The notes: generated by a model not told the origin, from the sequence alone. DNA of 64,000 nucleotides from an uncultured Actinomycetes bacterium (GCA_963767005.1 CAVYCN010000004.1:288001-352000); one strand, 5' to 3'. Counted from the stretch's first letter, positions 1-9,005 are shown. Numbers and translations: made by a program.

Positions 1-59
1 AGGGTCGCCACGCGAGCGGCGTCGACCTCGTCGACCGCCTGCGGCGCGCCGCGCTCCAC
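1..59 (-). CDS. 5' part of probable ArsR/SmtB/CadC-family metalloregulator (runs off window)
   Basis: GTG at 59 with GAGAGGAG RBS upstream; reads MERGAPQAVDEVDAARVAT. Family is inferred from the adjacent SmtB-type operator and divergent mntH, since only 19 codons are visible. Confidence 0.45.
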   Translation of the reverse strand, partial: MERGAPQAVDEVDAARVAT

Positions 60-78
60 GTCGGTCTCCTCTCGTCTG

Positions 79-104
79 AACACATGAACAACTGTTCATA
101 TGAT
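79..104. promoter_or_regulatory. SmtB/CzrA-type inverted-repeat operator
   Basis: CACATGAACA-AC-TGTTCATATG (81-102); perfect ATGAACA/TGTTCAT core, AT-rich in a GC-rich background, resembling ArsR/SmtB operators. Confidence 0.75.
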
Positions 105-226
105 ACCGGCGACAGGGGGGGTGCGCAACCGTCGACGGAGCCCCGTCACTGCTTTCGTACGGCAATCGGGTAGAGTCAGGCCGCACGAGTCGCCGCCTGA
201 GGAGGAGCGGTCTGAAGCGCGGTTTC

Positions 227-1459
227 TTGTCCGACCTGTTCTCTCGCGAGCTGCTGCGTTACCTGGGGCCGGGGTTCATCGTCACGATCGGCTTCATCGA
301 TCCCGGCAACTGGGCGACCAACTTGGCCGGCGGCAGCCAGTTCGGCTACGCCCTGCTCTGGGTCATCACGCTCAGCACGCTGATGCTGATCTTCCTGCAG
401 CACGTCGCCGCGCGCCTCGGCATCGTGACCGGCGCCTCGCTCGCGGCCAACGTGCGCCGGCGCTTCTCGCGACCGCTCGTGCTGCTCTTCGGGCTTACGA
501 TGGTGCCGGCCCTGGTCGCGACGAGCCTCGCCGAGATCCTGGGCGGCGCGCTCGGCTTTCAGATCCTCTTTCACCTGCCGCTCGCCGCCGGAGCGCCGCT
601 CACGTTCGCGCTCGTGTGGGTCGCGATCGTCGGGCAGCGCTACGACCAGCTCGAGCGGCTGATCATCGTCTTTCTCGCGTTCATCGCCGGCGCCTACATC
701 GTCGAGCTCTTCATCGTGCGGCCTGACATGGCGGCGGCGGCGCCGCGCTGGATCGTGCCGGCCTTCCCGGCCGGCAGTATCGTGGTGGCGATGGGCATGC
801 TCGGCGCGATCGTCATGCCGCACAACATCTACCTGCACTCCAACACGATCCAGTCGCGCGAGTGGGACTTCGGGGGCGCCGACCAGACGCGGCTCATGCG
901 CTTCGAGCTGATCGACACGTCGCTGTCGATGGGCATGGGCTGGCTCGTGAACTCGGCGATGATCCTGGTGGCGGCCGCCGTGTTCTTCAGGCACGGCGTC
1001 ATGGTGACGAGCATCACCCAGGCCTCGGCCACGCTACGACCCCTGGTCGGCCCGGCCGCGCAGCTGCTCTTCGGCCTGGCCCTCCTGGTCGCCGGCCTGT
1101 CGTCGTCGATCACCTCGTCGCTCGCGACGGCCAACGTGATCACCGGCTATCTGGGCCGCCCCGAGGACCCGCACAGCCGCCTGTACCGGGTCGGCATGAT
1201 CGTCGTGGCCGCCCCGGCCGTCTTGCTCATCATGATCGGCCTGAACGCCTACCGGGCGCTCATCCTGAGCCAGGTCGTGCTCAGCCTGCAGCTCCCGCTC
1301 ACGATCGTGCCGCTGCTGCTGCTGATCCGCCGGCGCGACGTGATGGGCGACATGCGCGCCGGCAGGACGACCATGGTGTCGGGCTGGACGGTGGCGGCTA
1401 TCATCATCGGGCTGAACGTGTTCCTGCTCTACCAGACCTTCATTCCGAAAGGCCTCTGA
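227..1459 (+). CDS. mntH: NRAMP-family divalent metal transporter MntH
   Basis: GPGFIVTIGFIDPGNWATN and MPHNIYLHS signature motifs; multi-pass hydrophobic; TTG start; TAGAGT -10 at 171-176. Confidence 0.92.
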   Translation: MSDLFSRELLRYLGPGFIVTIGFIDPGNWATNLAGGSQFGYALLWVITLSTLMLIFLQHVAARLGIVTGASLAANVRRRFSRPLVLLFGLTMVPALVATSLAEILGGALGFQILFHLPLAAGAPLTFALVWVAIVGQRYDQLERLIIVFLAFIAGAYIVELFIVRPDMAAAAPRWIVPAFPAGSIVVAMGMLGAIVMPHNIYLHSNTIQSREWDFGGADQTRLMRFELIDTSLSMGMGWLVNSAMILVAAAVFFRHGVMVTSITQASATLRPLVGPAAQLLFGLALLVAGLSSSITSSLATANVITGYLGRPEDPHSRLYRVGMIVVAAPAVLLIMIGLNAYRALILSQVVLSLQLPLTIVPLLLLIRRRDVMGDMRAGRTTMVSGWTVAAIIIGLNVFLLYQTFIPKGL

Positions 1460-1460
1460 G

Positions 1461-1946
1461 ATGACCTACTTCCGTCGGATCCTCGTCACGCTCGACGGCT
1501 CGCCGGTCGACGACGCCGTGCTCGCGCACGTGGCTCAGCTCGCCGAGGCCTTCCACTCCGAGGTCGTCCTGTTGCGCGTGGCCCACTTTCACACGCGCGA
1601 CACCATGACCCATGAGGTCGAGGACGCCCAGAGCGTGCTCGACGGCGCCGCCCCCCGCCTCGAGGGCAGAGGCTTTACGGTGCGCACAGTCGTGGGGCGC
1701 GGCGAGCCGGTCGACGACACGGTCGAGCAGGCCGAGAAGCTCGGCTGCGACCTGATCGCGATCGGCACACACGGCCACGGCACGCTCAAACGCGCGGTGC
1801 TGGGCAGCTTCGCCGAGAAGGTGCGCCACGCCACCGACGTGCCGCTCCTGCTCGTGAAGGCGCGCGCGACGGCCGACGGCGCGGCCGACGAGCCGGCGGG
1901 CGCCGAGGACGGCGCGGCCGACGGGCCGGCGGCGGACGGGGCGTGA
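1461..1946 (+). CDS. Universal stress protein
   Basis: RILVTLDGS...DLIAIGTHGHG...LGSFAEKVRH..VPLLLV USP motifs. Confidence 0.92.
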   Translation: MTYFRRILVTLDGSPVDDAVLAHVAQLAEAFHSEVVLLRVAHFHTRDTMTHEVEDAQSVLDGAAPRLEGRGFTVRTVVGRGEPVDDTVEQAEKLGCDLIAIGTHGHGTLKRAVLGSFAEKVRHATDVPLLLVKARATADGAADEPAGAEDGAADGPAADGA

Positions 1947-2650
1947 GCGGGCCGGCTGTGAGCGACCGGCGCCTCGTGCTGTTCGACGTCGACTGCACGA
2001 TGGTCGACACGCACGGCGCCGGCGGGCGCGCCATGTTCCGCGCCATGGCCGACGTCTACGGCGTGCGCGGCGAGCTCGATGGTTACAGCTTCCACGGCCG
2101 CACCGACCCCGCCATCATCGTCGACCTGGCTACGCGCTGGGGCGCCCCCGAGCCGGCCGTGCGCGAGGGTCTCGCCGCCTGCCTCGAGCGCTACGTCGTC
2201 TGCCTGCGCGAGGAGTTGCGCGCCGGCGACGTCGAGGTGCTGCCCGGCGTGCGCGAGCTCGTCATGACCCTGTCGCGGCACCCCCAGGTGCTGCTCGGTG
2301 TGCTGACCGGCAACGTCGACGATGGCCTCGAGCAGAAGCTGGCGCCGACCGGCCTGCTGCCGCTGCTCGAGGTGCGGGCCACCGGCTCCGACTCGGCCCT
2401 GCGGCCCGAGCTTGCGGCGATCGCCGTCGAGCGCGCCGGCCACCTCCGAGGCCACCGCTACACGGGCAAGGAGATCGTGGTGATCGGCGACACGCCGGCC
2501 GACATCCTCTGCGGCGCCGACCTGGGGGTGCGGACGATCGCCGTCGCGACCGGTCGCCACACGGTCGCCGAGCTCGCCGAGCACGCACCCGATCAGGTGT
2601 TCGCCGACCTCTCCGACTGGCGCGCGGCGCTCGCAGCGATCGTCGGCTGA
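1943..2650 (+). CDS. HAD-superfamily hydrolase (phosphoglycolate phosphatase-like)
   Basis: LFDVDCT motif I, LTGN motif II, IGDTPADI motif IV; overlaps USP stop. Confidence 0.88.
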   Translation: MSGPAVSDRRLVLFDVDCTMVDTHGAGGRAMFRAMADVYGVRGELDGYSFHGRTDPAIIVDLATRWGAPEPAVREGLAACLERYVVCLREELRAGDVEVLPGVRELVMTLSRHPQVLLGVLTGNVDDGLEQKLAPTGLLPLLEVRATGSDSALRPELAAIAVERAGHLRGHRYTGKEIVVIGDTPADILCGADLGVRTIAVATGRHTVAELAEHAPDQVFADLSDWRAALAAIVG

Positions 2651-2817
2651 AGAGCTCGACGGTGCGGGCCGCCCCTGCTGGCAGAGGCGGCCCGCGTGAC
2701 GCCGGGAGGCGGAGACCGGGCAGGGCGGTCCGGGCAGGCGCTCCCGGCGGATGTGGCCCGCGGGCGGGCGCGGATGCGCCCGCCCGCGGGGCTCTCGTCA
2801 AAGGCGCGAGTCGTCGA

Positions 2818-4698
2818 TCAGTCGGCGTTCCGCGCGACGGCGAAGGCGCCCGTGTGGTCGACGACCGCCCACGCGGTGTGCGTGGCGGGGTCGACGCCGT
2901 AGGCGCCGAGGCCGTAGCCCGCCTCCCAGGGGCCGACGACGGACTTGGGCGTGCCGCCCGCGTTCGCGTCGACGGCCTTCACCCAGCGGCCGCTCGCGTC
3001 CATCGCCACGAGCGTGAGGTCGTGGCCGTGGCAGCCGCGGTAGCTCAGCGAGAGCGCATAGGTGTCGCTCTTCGAGGCGCCCACGTCGGACAGGCCCCAG
3101 AGCGTGAAGACGTTGCTCGCGAGAACGTCGCGCGAAGTGTCGCAGCTCCAGCCGGTGGTGACGTCCTTGGTGAAGGCACGACCTTCGGAGTCGGTGGCCG
3201 TGCTCGTGTTCGTGCCGCCGAGGATCTGGGCCGTCGTGCCGCCGAAGCTGTCCTTGACCGTCGTGTACGGCTTGCCCTCTGGCACGAAGAACTCCTTGCC
3301 CTTCAGGCCGTAGCCGAACGACTCTTCCTTCACGAAGTTGAGGTAGGGCGTGCTCGCGATGGTGTACTCGCTGTGGTTGCTCGCCAGGGTCGGGTTGCTC
3401 ACCGGCGCAGCGTAGTAGTCGACCGTGACGTTGGCGCCGTCGACCGTGACGATGTAGTAGCCGACCTTGTTCAGGTCCTGGGCGATCGGCGTCTCACGGG
3501 TGTTGCCGGTGAAGGGCTGGCCCGCGCCGGTCAGCCCCTGGGCCTTCGCCAGGGCGACATCGAACAGGTAGTCGTTGGTCTGCGTGGGATCGGCCTTGGT
3601 CAGGTAGGGCGTGCCGTCCGTCACCGTGGCCGAGCTGCCGCTGCCCGTGATCGTCTGTGTGGGTGCGCCGATCTCGCCGTAGGGCAGGTAGTACTTCGAG
3701 GCGTCGGACTGGCAGACGATGTCCTGGACGCTCGACTTGCCGTCGGGGCTCGTGTCGACGGCGCGGTTGTACATGTGGTCGTGGCCGCCGATGTAGTAGT
3801 GCACGCCGGCCTTCTGCAGGTCGCTGATGAAGGTGTCCTGCAGGGCGGGCTGCTGCAGCGGGTTGGCGCCGAACAGGTCGTCCTGGTGGCTCTGGGTGAT
3901 GATCCCCTTGTGGGCGAAGACGAAAGCCTGGGTGCCAGCCGGGCGGCTGGTGAGCTCGCTGTTCATCCAGTTCACGTCGTCGGCCGTCAGGGCTTCGTGA
4001 GCCGGCACGGTCGTGTCGGGGCTCGTGAACTGATCGACGAAGACCAGGCGGGCGTTGCGGTAGTCGACCGCATAGTCGAGGCCGGCGAAGCCCTTGGGGG
4101 CCGCGTTGGTCACGACCGCGCCGCACTCGAAGGGCTCGCTCAGCACAGACGCGAACGGCTGCAGGGGATCGTTGCCGGTGGGGTTGAAGGCGCTCGACGG
4201 CGTGGTGCTCATGACCCCCGTCTGCGTCTGTGGATAGTTGGCCACGAGGGCGGCGCCCTGGCCGTCGTCGTGGTTGCCGCTCACGGGGTAGAAGCCGATG
4301 CCGGCGTTGTAGAGATCCTGCGCGAAGGCGGCGCGGGCAGCCTCATTGGCGGCCGAGCCGGTGTCGACGAGGTCGCCGACCTCGACCACGAACTTGACGT
4401 TCTTCTGGATGAACTGGTTGTCGAGCTGGCGGGCGATGTCGACCGAGCAGGTGAACGGGTTGCGGCCGTCGTCGGCCACTGTCCACTGCGTGTCGGCCTC
4501 GATGCCGAACGACCAGGCTTTGCTCGAGCGAACGTAGCTCGAGTCGGCGCACTTGAGATGCGTGGGCAGCACGCCGCGGCCGAACGGCTGCACCGACGCT
4601 GCGGCGCCCGCCGGCGAGCCGGCCAGAGCGACCAGACCGGCGCTCGCCATCACGGCGACGCCCGCGAGCAGCGCCGTCGCCTTTGCCATCCTCTTCAC
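2818..4698 (-). CDS. Secreted calcineurin-like metallophosphoesterase
   Basis: Signal peptide; intact ADTQ, GDLVD, GNHD, FAHK and GGHDH motifs; GTG start with GGAGGG RBS. Confidence 0.85.
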   Translation of the reverse strand: MKRMAKATALLAGVAVMASAGLVALAGSPAGAAASVQPFGRGVLPTHLKCADSSYVRSSKAWSFGIEADTQWTVADDGRNPFTCSVDIARQLDNQFIQKNVKFVVEVGDLVDTGSAANEAARAAFAQDLYNAGIGFYPVSGNHDDGQGAALVANYPQTQTGVMSTTPSSAFNPTGNDPLQPFASVLSEPFECGAVVTNAAPKGFAGLDYAVDYRNARLVFVDQFTSPDTTVPAHEALTADDVNWMNSELTSRPAGTQAFVFAHKGIITQSHQDDLFGANPLQQPALQDTFISDLQKAGVHYYIGGHDHMYNRAVDTSPDGKSSVQDIVCQSDASKYYLPYGEIGAPTQTITGSGSSATVTDGTPYLTKADPTQTNDYLFDVALAKAQGLTGAGQPFTGNTRETPIAQDLNKVGYYIVTVDGANVTVDYYAAPVSNPTLASNHSEYTIASTPYLNFVKEESFGYGLKGKEFFVPEGKPYTTVKDSFGGTTAQILGGTNTSTATDSEGRAFTKDVTTGWSCDTSRDVLASNVFTLWGLSDVGASKSDTYALSLSYRGCHGHDLTLVAMDASGRWVKAVDANAGGTPKSVVGPWEAGYGLGAYGVDPATHTAWAVVDHTGAFAVARNAD

Positions 4699-4887
4699 GG
4701 TTCCCTCCCGAGTCACTTGCAGGGCTTGCGGCATGAGCGGTCGGCCTGCGCGCCGGCGACGCGCGCACCCCCCTCCTTTCGCTCGCACCGGCTCCTCTTG
4801 CCGGAGCCGGGTCTCGCGTCGCGACGCGGCGACCGGGCGTCTCCCACCCGGCTCGTCGCGCACGCCCGCAGGGCGACCAGCGAGGCA

Positions 4888-4942
4888 AGGCTAGAGGGCG
4901 GCCGCGAGCTTTCGATGAGGGTCGGGGAAGGTTGGCGTTACG
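4888..4942 (-). promoter_or_regulatory. Putative Pho-box-type promoter of metallophosphoesterase (degenerate)
   Basis: -10 TAGCCT (4888-4893); in-register hexamers GCTCGC (4904-09), CCTCAT (4915-20), CCTTCC, CGTAAC at 11-bp period; more in-phase units at 5001/5012/5023. Confidence 0.45.
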
Positions 4943-5050
4943 CCGTGGTTGCGACCGCCGCTCCTGTCGCCGCCCCCGTCGCTTCGCCAGTTCGGGCGGT
5001 GCGAGCATGCAGTGAGCAGGTCGTTGCGGCGTCGCCGCCGCGATGCTCAC

Positions 5051-5094
5051 GCTCACGTTTTCCTCACCATGCGCTCACATCAGCCGGGTAGAGT
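5051..5094 (+). promoter_or_regulatory. Pho-box-type promoter (three 11-bp-period repeats plus -10)
   Basis: GCTCAC 5051, CCTCAC 5062, GCTCAC 5073, then 10 bp, then TAGAGT 5089-5094. Confidence 0.8.
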
Positions 5095-5157
5095 GCCCGC
5101 CGGGAATCCGCCGGCCGGGCCAGGCCTTGCCGCGTAACGACGTCCTGGAATGAAAGG

Positions 5158-6120
5158 GTGGCAACGTTGCTGCACACACGCTACGGGCGCAGCCTGCTCC
5201 TGGTCGTGCTCGGCCTGGCGGTGGCGGGCGGCGCGCTCTGCGTCGGCGCACCCGTGGCCCGCGCGGCCCTCGGTCCGCAGCAGATCGACGCCTTCCTGCT
5301 CGAGCAGGGATCGCCGCTTGCCGGGGAGGGAGAAGCCTTCTACCTCGCTGCCGAGCGCAACGGTGTCGACCCCGCCTTTCTCGTCGCCATATCCGGCGCC
5401 GAGTCGAGCTTCGGCCGGTTCCTCTTCTCGAGTGGCTCCCTGACGGCCACGTACAACGCCTTCAACTGGTTCTACGCACCCACGCGGGCCGGCAGCGCCT
5501 TCGCGAGCTGGAGCGAAGCGATCGACACGGTGGCGGCCGGCTTGCGCGGCCCCCTCTACTACGGCGCCGGTCGCTACAGCGTGGCGGCGATCGCTCCGGT
5601 CTACTGCCCGCAGGGCACGCAGGACTGGGTGACCAACGTCACGCTGTACATGCAGGAGCTCGGCGCCGACCCCGCGGACACCCGCTGGCCGGCGGCGACA
5701 CTCGGCGCCGGCGCGACCAGGAGCGCCGCGGTGACGCTGGCCGGGTCGGGCGGCGCGACGCTCGTCGTCGAACACCCGATCACCGTCGTGCCTCGGCGGG
5801 TCGCGGCCGGCACCCGCGTGCGCATCCGTTTCACGCTCACCGACGGTGGCCTCGCGGCCGAGACCTGGCAGGCCGTCGTCCTGCGCCTCGAAGGACCGGG
5901 CGGACAGGAGCTCGCCCTTGGTACCCGTGCGCCGCTAAGGCTCGGCGCGGGACGCTCCTTCGCCTTCGTCGCGAGCCTGTGCCTGACGGCGGCGGGCCGC
6001 TGGCGCGGCTGGATCGACGCGCAGACGCAGGCCGGCGCGCTGGTGAGCCGTGCCCGGCCCGTCCTGTGGGTCGAGGTCGCGGCCGCCTCAGGCCGCGCTG
6101 CGCGGCGCGACGACCGGTGA
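5158..6120 (+). CDS. Secreted lysozyme-fold/glucosaminidase (GH73-like) peptidoglycan hydrolase with C-terminal beta-sandwich domain
   Basis: Signal peptide; AERNGVDPAFLVAISGAESSFG with catalytic-type Glu, YNAFNW, FASWSEAI, VYCP..DWVTNV. Confidence 0.7.
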   Translation: MATLLHTRYGRSLLLVVLGLAVAGGALCVGAPVARAALGPQQIDAFLLEQGSPLAGEGEAFYLAAERNGVDPAFLVAISGAESSFGRFLFSSGSLTATYNAFNWFYAPTRAGSAFASWSEAIDTVAAGLRGPLYYGAGRYSVAAIAPVYCPQGTQDWVTNVTLYMQELGADPADTRWPAATLGAGATRSAAVTLAGSGGATLVVEHPITVVPRRVAAGTRVRIRFTLTDGGLAAETWQAVVLRLEGPGGQELALGTRAPLRLGAGRSFAFVASLCLTAAGRWRGWIDAQTQAGALVSRARPVLWVEVAAASGRAARRDDR

Positions 6121-6900
6121 GCCGTCGCGCTCCTCGACGTCGCGTCGCCAGGGCAGGCGCTTGCCGACGGTCGCGCGCAGCTTGAAGCGGAGCGATTTGT
6201 CTTCGAGCGCGAGAGCCTCGCGCAGCCCGGCGAGACGCCTGACCACCGCGGCCCGCTGCGCCGCCGGGACGTCGTAGCGCGCCACTGCGGCGACCGTGTC
6301 GAGGTTGGCGCAGACGTCGACGAAGGTACCCCAGTCGCGGGCGCAGACCTGGGCGATGCGGCGCATGCAGATCGAATGCTCGTCGTCGCTCTCGCTGAGC
6401 GGCAGGTCCTTGAGCAGGCCGATCACGTCGTGGACGTCTTTGTCGGCGAGGCGTCCGATCTGCAGCTTCGAGAGCAGCACGTCGGCCGGCGAGATCGCCC
6501 ACGGGTCGATGTCGAGCCGGCCGCGCAGGTCGATGTCGTGGTCCATACGGATCACGTCGAGGAACACGTCGACGTGGTCAGCCGGGTCGAGCGTCCGCAC
6601 GAACTGGAGCTGACCGCCGGCCGTCGCCTCGGCGACGTGCCGGTTCTCGGCGTAGCCCTCACGCGCGAGGGCGCGAGGCAGCCGTGCGGCCTCCGCGGAG
6701 GAGCCGACCACGTCGATGTCCGAGAACTCGCGCGCCATGAAGGTGCGGTCGACGGCGTAGCGGTAGGCGGCGAGGCCACCGGCGAGCCGCAGACGCACCC
6801 CATCGTGGGCTGCCTCCTCGATGAGCGTGAGCGCGTGCGCGAGGCGGCGATCCGCGGCGTGCCTGCGCGCCGTCCGGTCGCTGTCGTCGCTCGAGGACAT
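6088..6900 (-). CDS. Nucleotidyltransferase-family protein
   Basis: RLAGGLA...SDIDVV (hG[GS]-x-DhDh) plus HVDVFLD; ATG at 6900 with GGAGGAG RBS. Confidence 0.72.
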   Translation of the reverse strand: MSSSDDSDRTARRHAADRRLAHALTLIEEAAHDGVRLRLAGGLAAYRYAVDRTFMAREFSDIDVVGSSAEAARLPRALAREGYAENRHVAEATAGGQLQFVRTLDPADHVDVFLDVIRMDHDIDLRGRLDIDPWAISPADVLLSKLQIGRLADKDVHDVIGLLKDLPLSESDDEHSICMRRIAQVCARDWGTFVDVCANLDTVAAVARYDVPAAQRAAVVRRLAGLREALALEDKSLRFKLRATVGKRLPWRRDVEERDGSPVVAPRSAA

Positions 6901-6961
6901 GCTCCTCCCGTCGGTCGGTCGTCTCGGGGCCGTTCGTCCGGCCCCACGGTCGTCCACTCGC

Positions 6962-7016
6962 AGTGTCGGCGCCCCGCGTTGGCTCGACATGAAGGACGCG
7001 TGAGTTTGCGGCGACC
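6962..7016 (-). promoter_or_regulatory. Putative Pho-box-type promoter of nucleotidyltransferase (degenerate)
   Basis: Minus-strand GGTCGC, ACTCAC, CTTCAT, GCCAAC at 11-bp period (7011/7000/6989/6978), then 10 bp, then GACACT (6962-67). Confidence 0.4.
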
Positions 7017-7128
7017 GCGCCTGGGCGGGGCTCGCGCGCCGGCGCGCCATCGTCCGCGTTCCGCGGGAGGATGCGACGAGCGGCCGCCCGTCGGTCAGGC
7101 ACTCGCAGGCGGCCGTTCGAAACGAGTC

Positions 7129-7194
7129 GCTAACGGAGCGCTCACCGACGTCTCTCACCGCGCTCATCGAGCGCTAGCGACGATCCGTCAGACT
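7129..7194 (+). promoter_or_regulatory. Pho-box-type promoter (five 11-bp-period repeats plus -10)
   Basis: GCTAAC 7129, GCTCAC 7140, TCTCTC 7151, GCTCAT 7162, GCTAGC 7173, then 10 bp, then CAGACT 7189-7194. Confidence 0.75.
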
Positions 7195-7238
7195 GGCGTG
7201 ACCCACGGGGGACGAACGTCCGAAGGAGAGATGGCAAG

Positions 7239-8873
7239 GTGAAGGGCTCGCGCAGGCGCCGGGTCGGCGCCAAGCCGGCGCTGCCGCTGGCCGTCTTCCT
7301 CGCGGCCGTCGCGGCGGTGGCCGTGTCGCACCCCGCTTGCGCGTGGGGAAAGGCTCGCTGGCTGGCGGGCGATCTCAGCACCGGCACCTACCTCACCGAC
7401 GGCAGGACCAGTGAGCACGTCATCGTGTCGAAGGTCATGGCCGACGATGCGTCCGGCTTCGGGCTCCGCTACCTGGCGAACGCCGAACCGGGCGGCCGAT
7501 CCGAGCGGAACGCCGCGGGCGTCAGGTTCACGCTTCCCGTGTGGCGCTGGCAGACGCTGATCTTCGAGTCGTTCCCGCAGATCGTCGCGGCGCGTCAGGC
7601 GCATCCCGACGATTACTTCATCCAGGGACTGCAGTGGGACGCGCCGACGCACGATCAGGTGACCGTGGGCATCGTCGGCAGCGCCAATGAGCCGCAGGCG
7701 GTCGCGGATTTCGAGTACAGGTTCGACGCGGCCGACACGGACACGAGCCGGTCTGACGAGAGCAAGCAGAACACGACGGCGCAGGACGCCTTGAAGGCGG
7801 CCTCCTGGCTGCAGAAGAACTACGCCGCGTCCAGCTACGCGTTCGTCGATCACCCCTCGCGTGACCTGGCGTGGACCGTGGGCGACCTGCGCGCCCTGCA
7901 GGACGCCGCGCCGTCGGTGGTGTGCGGCTTCGAGGGCTTTCCCGGCGATCAGGCGGCCGGCGCGCGAGGCGGCTACGGCGGCTACTTCGACGTGAGCGGC
8001 CACGAGGTGAGCGATCCCGCCGCGGCTGACCCGGTCGAGACGGCGCGTGCTCGCACCTACGGCGGCGCCGACGCGATGGTCGCGAAGGTGGGCGGCGTGT
8101 GGGACGCGCTCCTGGGTGAGGGCCGTCGCTGGTTCGTGTACGGCGACAGCGACTTCAAATGGTGGACGACGAGCTACAAGGACCAAAGCGGCAAGGTGGT
8201 GGGCTCCTCGTACTGCGACTTCTGGCCGGGCCAGTACGGCAAGACCTGGACCTGCGTGCCGAGGAGCGGCTACGGCGGTCTCGTGGCCGCCATCAAGTCG
8301 GGCGACTCGTTCATCGTGAACGGTGACCTCATCGACGCGCTCGATTTCCACGCCGCCTGCGGCAGCACCTCGAAGACGATGGGTCAGACGCTCACGGTCG
8401 GCAAGGGTCGCAGGATCGTGGTCACCATCCGCGTCAAGAGTCCGGCGAAGAACCACGACGGCCGCAAGGTGCACCCCGACCACATCGACCTGATCGCGGG
8501 TGCTGTCACAAGCCGGATCGCACCCTCGAGCCCGGCCTACCCGACACGGGACACGAACCCTACGGCGCACGTGGTGGTGAGCTTCCCCTGGGCGAAGATG
8601 CGCGTCATCAAGGGCTGGCGCGTGGCGACGGTCGCCTTCGTGCTGAAGAAGCGCATGTACTTCCGTCTGCGGGGCACCAATCTGGCGTGCGGCACGACCA
8701 ACCAGACGGATGCATCCGGCGATCCCCTGATCGACACCCTCAGTTACCAGACGCTGCCGAACCCGGACCCCGCGCAGGTCGCGGCGCAGCCGACGGTGAC
8801 CATCAACACGCCCAAGCAGGCCTGGGCCGACCTCTGGTTCTACAGCGACCCGGTCTTCGTCAAGGTCACGTGA
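7239..8873 (+). CDS. Secreted PHP-fold (histidinol-phosphatase-like) protein, apparently catalytically degenerate
   Basis: Signal peptide; WLAGD...TDG, HPSR, GFEGFPG, ARTYGGADAMVAKVGGVWDALLGEGRRW, DFWPGQYGKT, YFRLRGTN and WADLWFYSDP typical of secreted PHP-domain proteins, but expected His ligands are missing. Confidence 0.7.
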   Translation: MKGSRRRRVGAKPALPLAVFLAAVAAVAVSHPACAWGKARWLAGDLSTGTYLTDGRTSEHVIVSKVMADDASGFGLRYLANAEPGGRSERNAAGVRFTLPVWRWQTLIFESFPQIVAARQAHPDDYFIQGLQWDAPTHDQVTVGIVGSANEPQAVADFEYRFDAADTDTSRSDESKQNTTAQDALKAASWLQKNYAASSYAFVDHPSRDLAWTVGDLRALQDAAPSVVCGFEGFPGDQAAGARGGYGGYFDVSGHEVSDPAAADPVETARARTYGGADAMVAKVGGVWDALLGEGRRWFVYGDSDFKWWTTSYKDQSGKVVGSSYCDFWPGQYGKTWTCVPRSGYGGLVAAIKSGDSFIVNGDLIDALDFHAACGSTSKTMGQTLTVGKGRRIVVTIRVKSPAKNHDGRKVHPDHIDLIAGAVTSRIAPSSPAYPTRDTNPTAHVVVSFPWAKMRVIKGWRVATVAFVLKKRMYFRLRGTNLACGTTNQTDASGDPLIDTLSYQTLPNPDPAQVAAQPTVTINTPKQAWADLWFYSDPVFVKVT

Positions 8874-8949
8874 TGCCGGCGTGAGGCGTGCGCCGCCGCA
8901 GGCCGCGGACGATCCGTACGACGAGTCCATCGCGTGGCCCTCGCGCCAT

Positions 8950-8993
8950 GCTCACCGCGCGCTCACGGCGCGCTCACTCGAGCTGGGTATCGT
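8950..8993 (+). promoter_or_regulatory. Pho-box-type promoter (three perfect GCTCAC repeats plus -10)
   Basis: GCTCAC at 8950, 8961, 8972, then 10 bp, then TATCGT 8988-8993. Confidence 0.85.
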
Positions 8994-9005
8994 GCCGTGA
9001 CGCTG

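Noticed and set aside
105-226. Mn riboswitch (yybP-ykoY) or Pho box upstream of mntH
   Set aside because: No recognisable yybP-ykoY conserved segments; only one in-register hexamer (CGTCAC) resembles the Pho-type unit.
2662-5091. Long 809-aa plus-strand ORF and many similar long overlapping ORFs
   Set aside because: Antisense or alternate-frame shadows of real genes, typical of high-GC DNA; Arg/Gly/Ala-rich with no motifs.
5095-5157. c-di-AMP (ydaO) riboswitch before wall hydrolases (also checked 8.9, 22.9, 23.1 and 48.5 kb)
   Set aside because: Leaders are too short or lack the GCUGAAUC...GGAACC...CCCGUCAGCUAAC-type conserved blocks.
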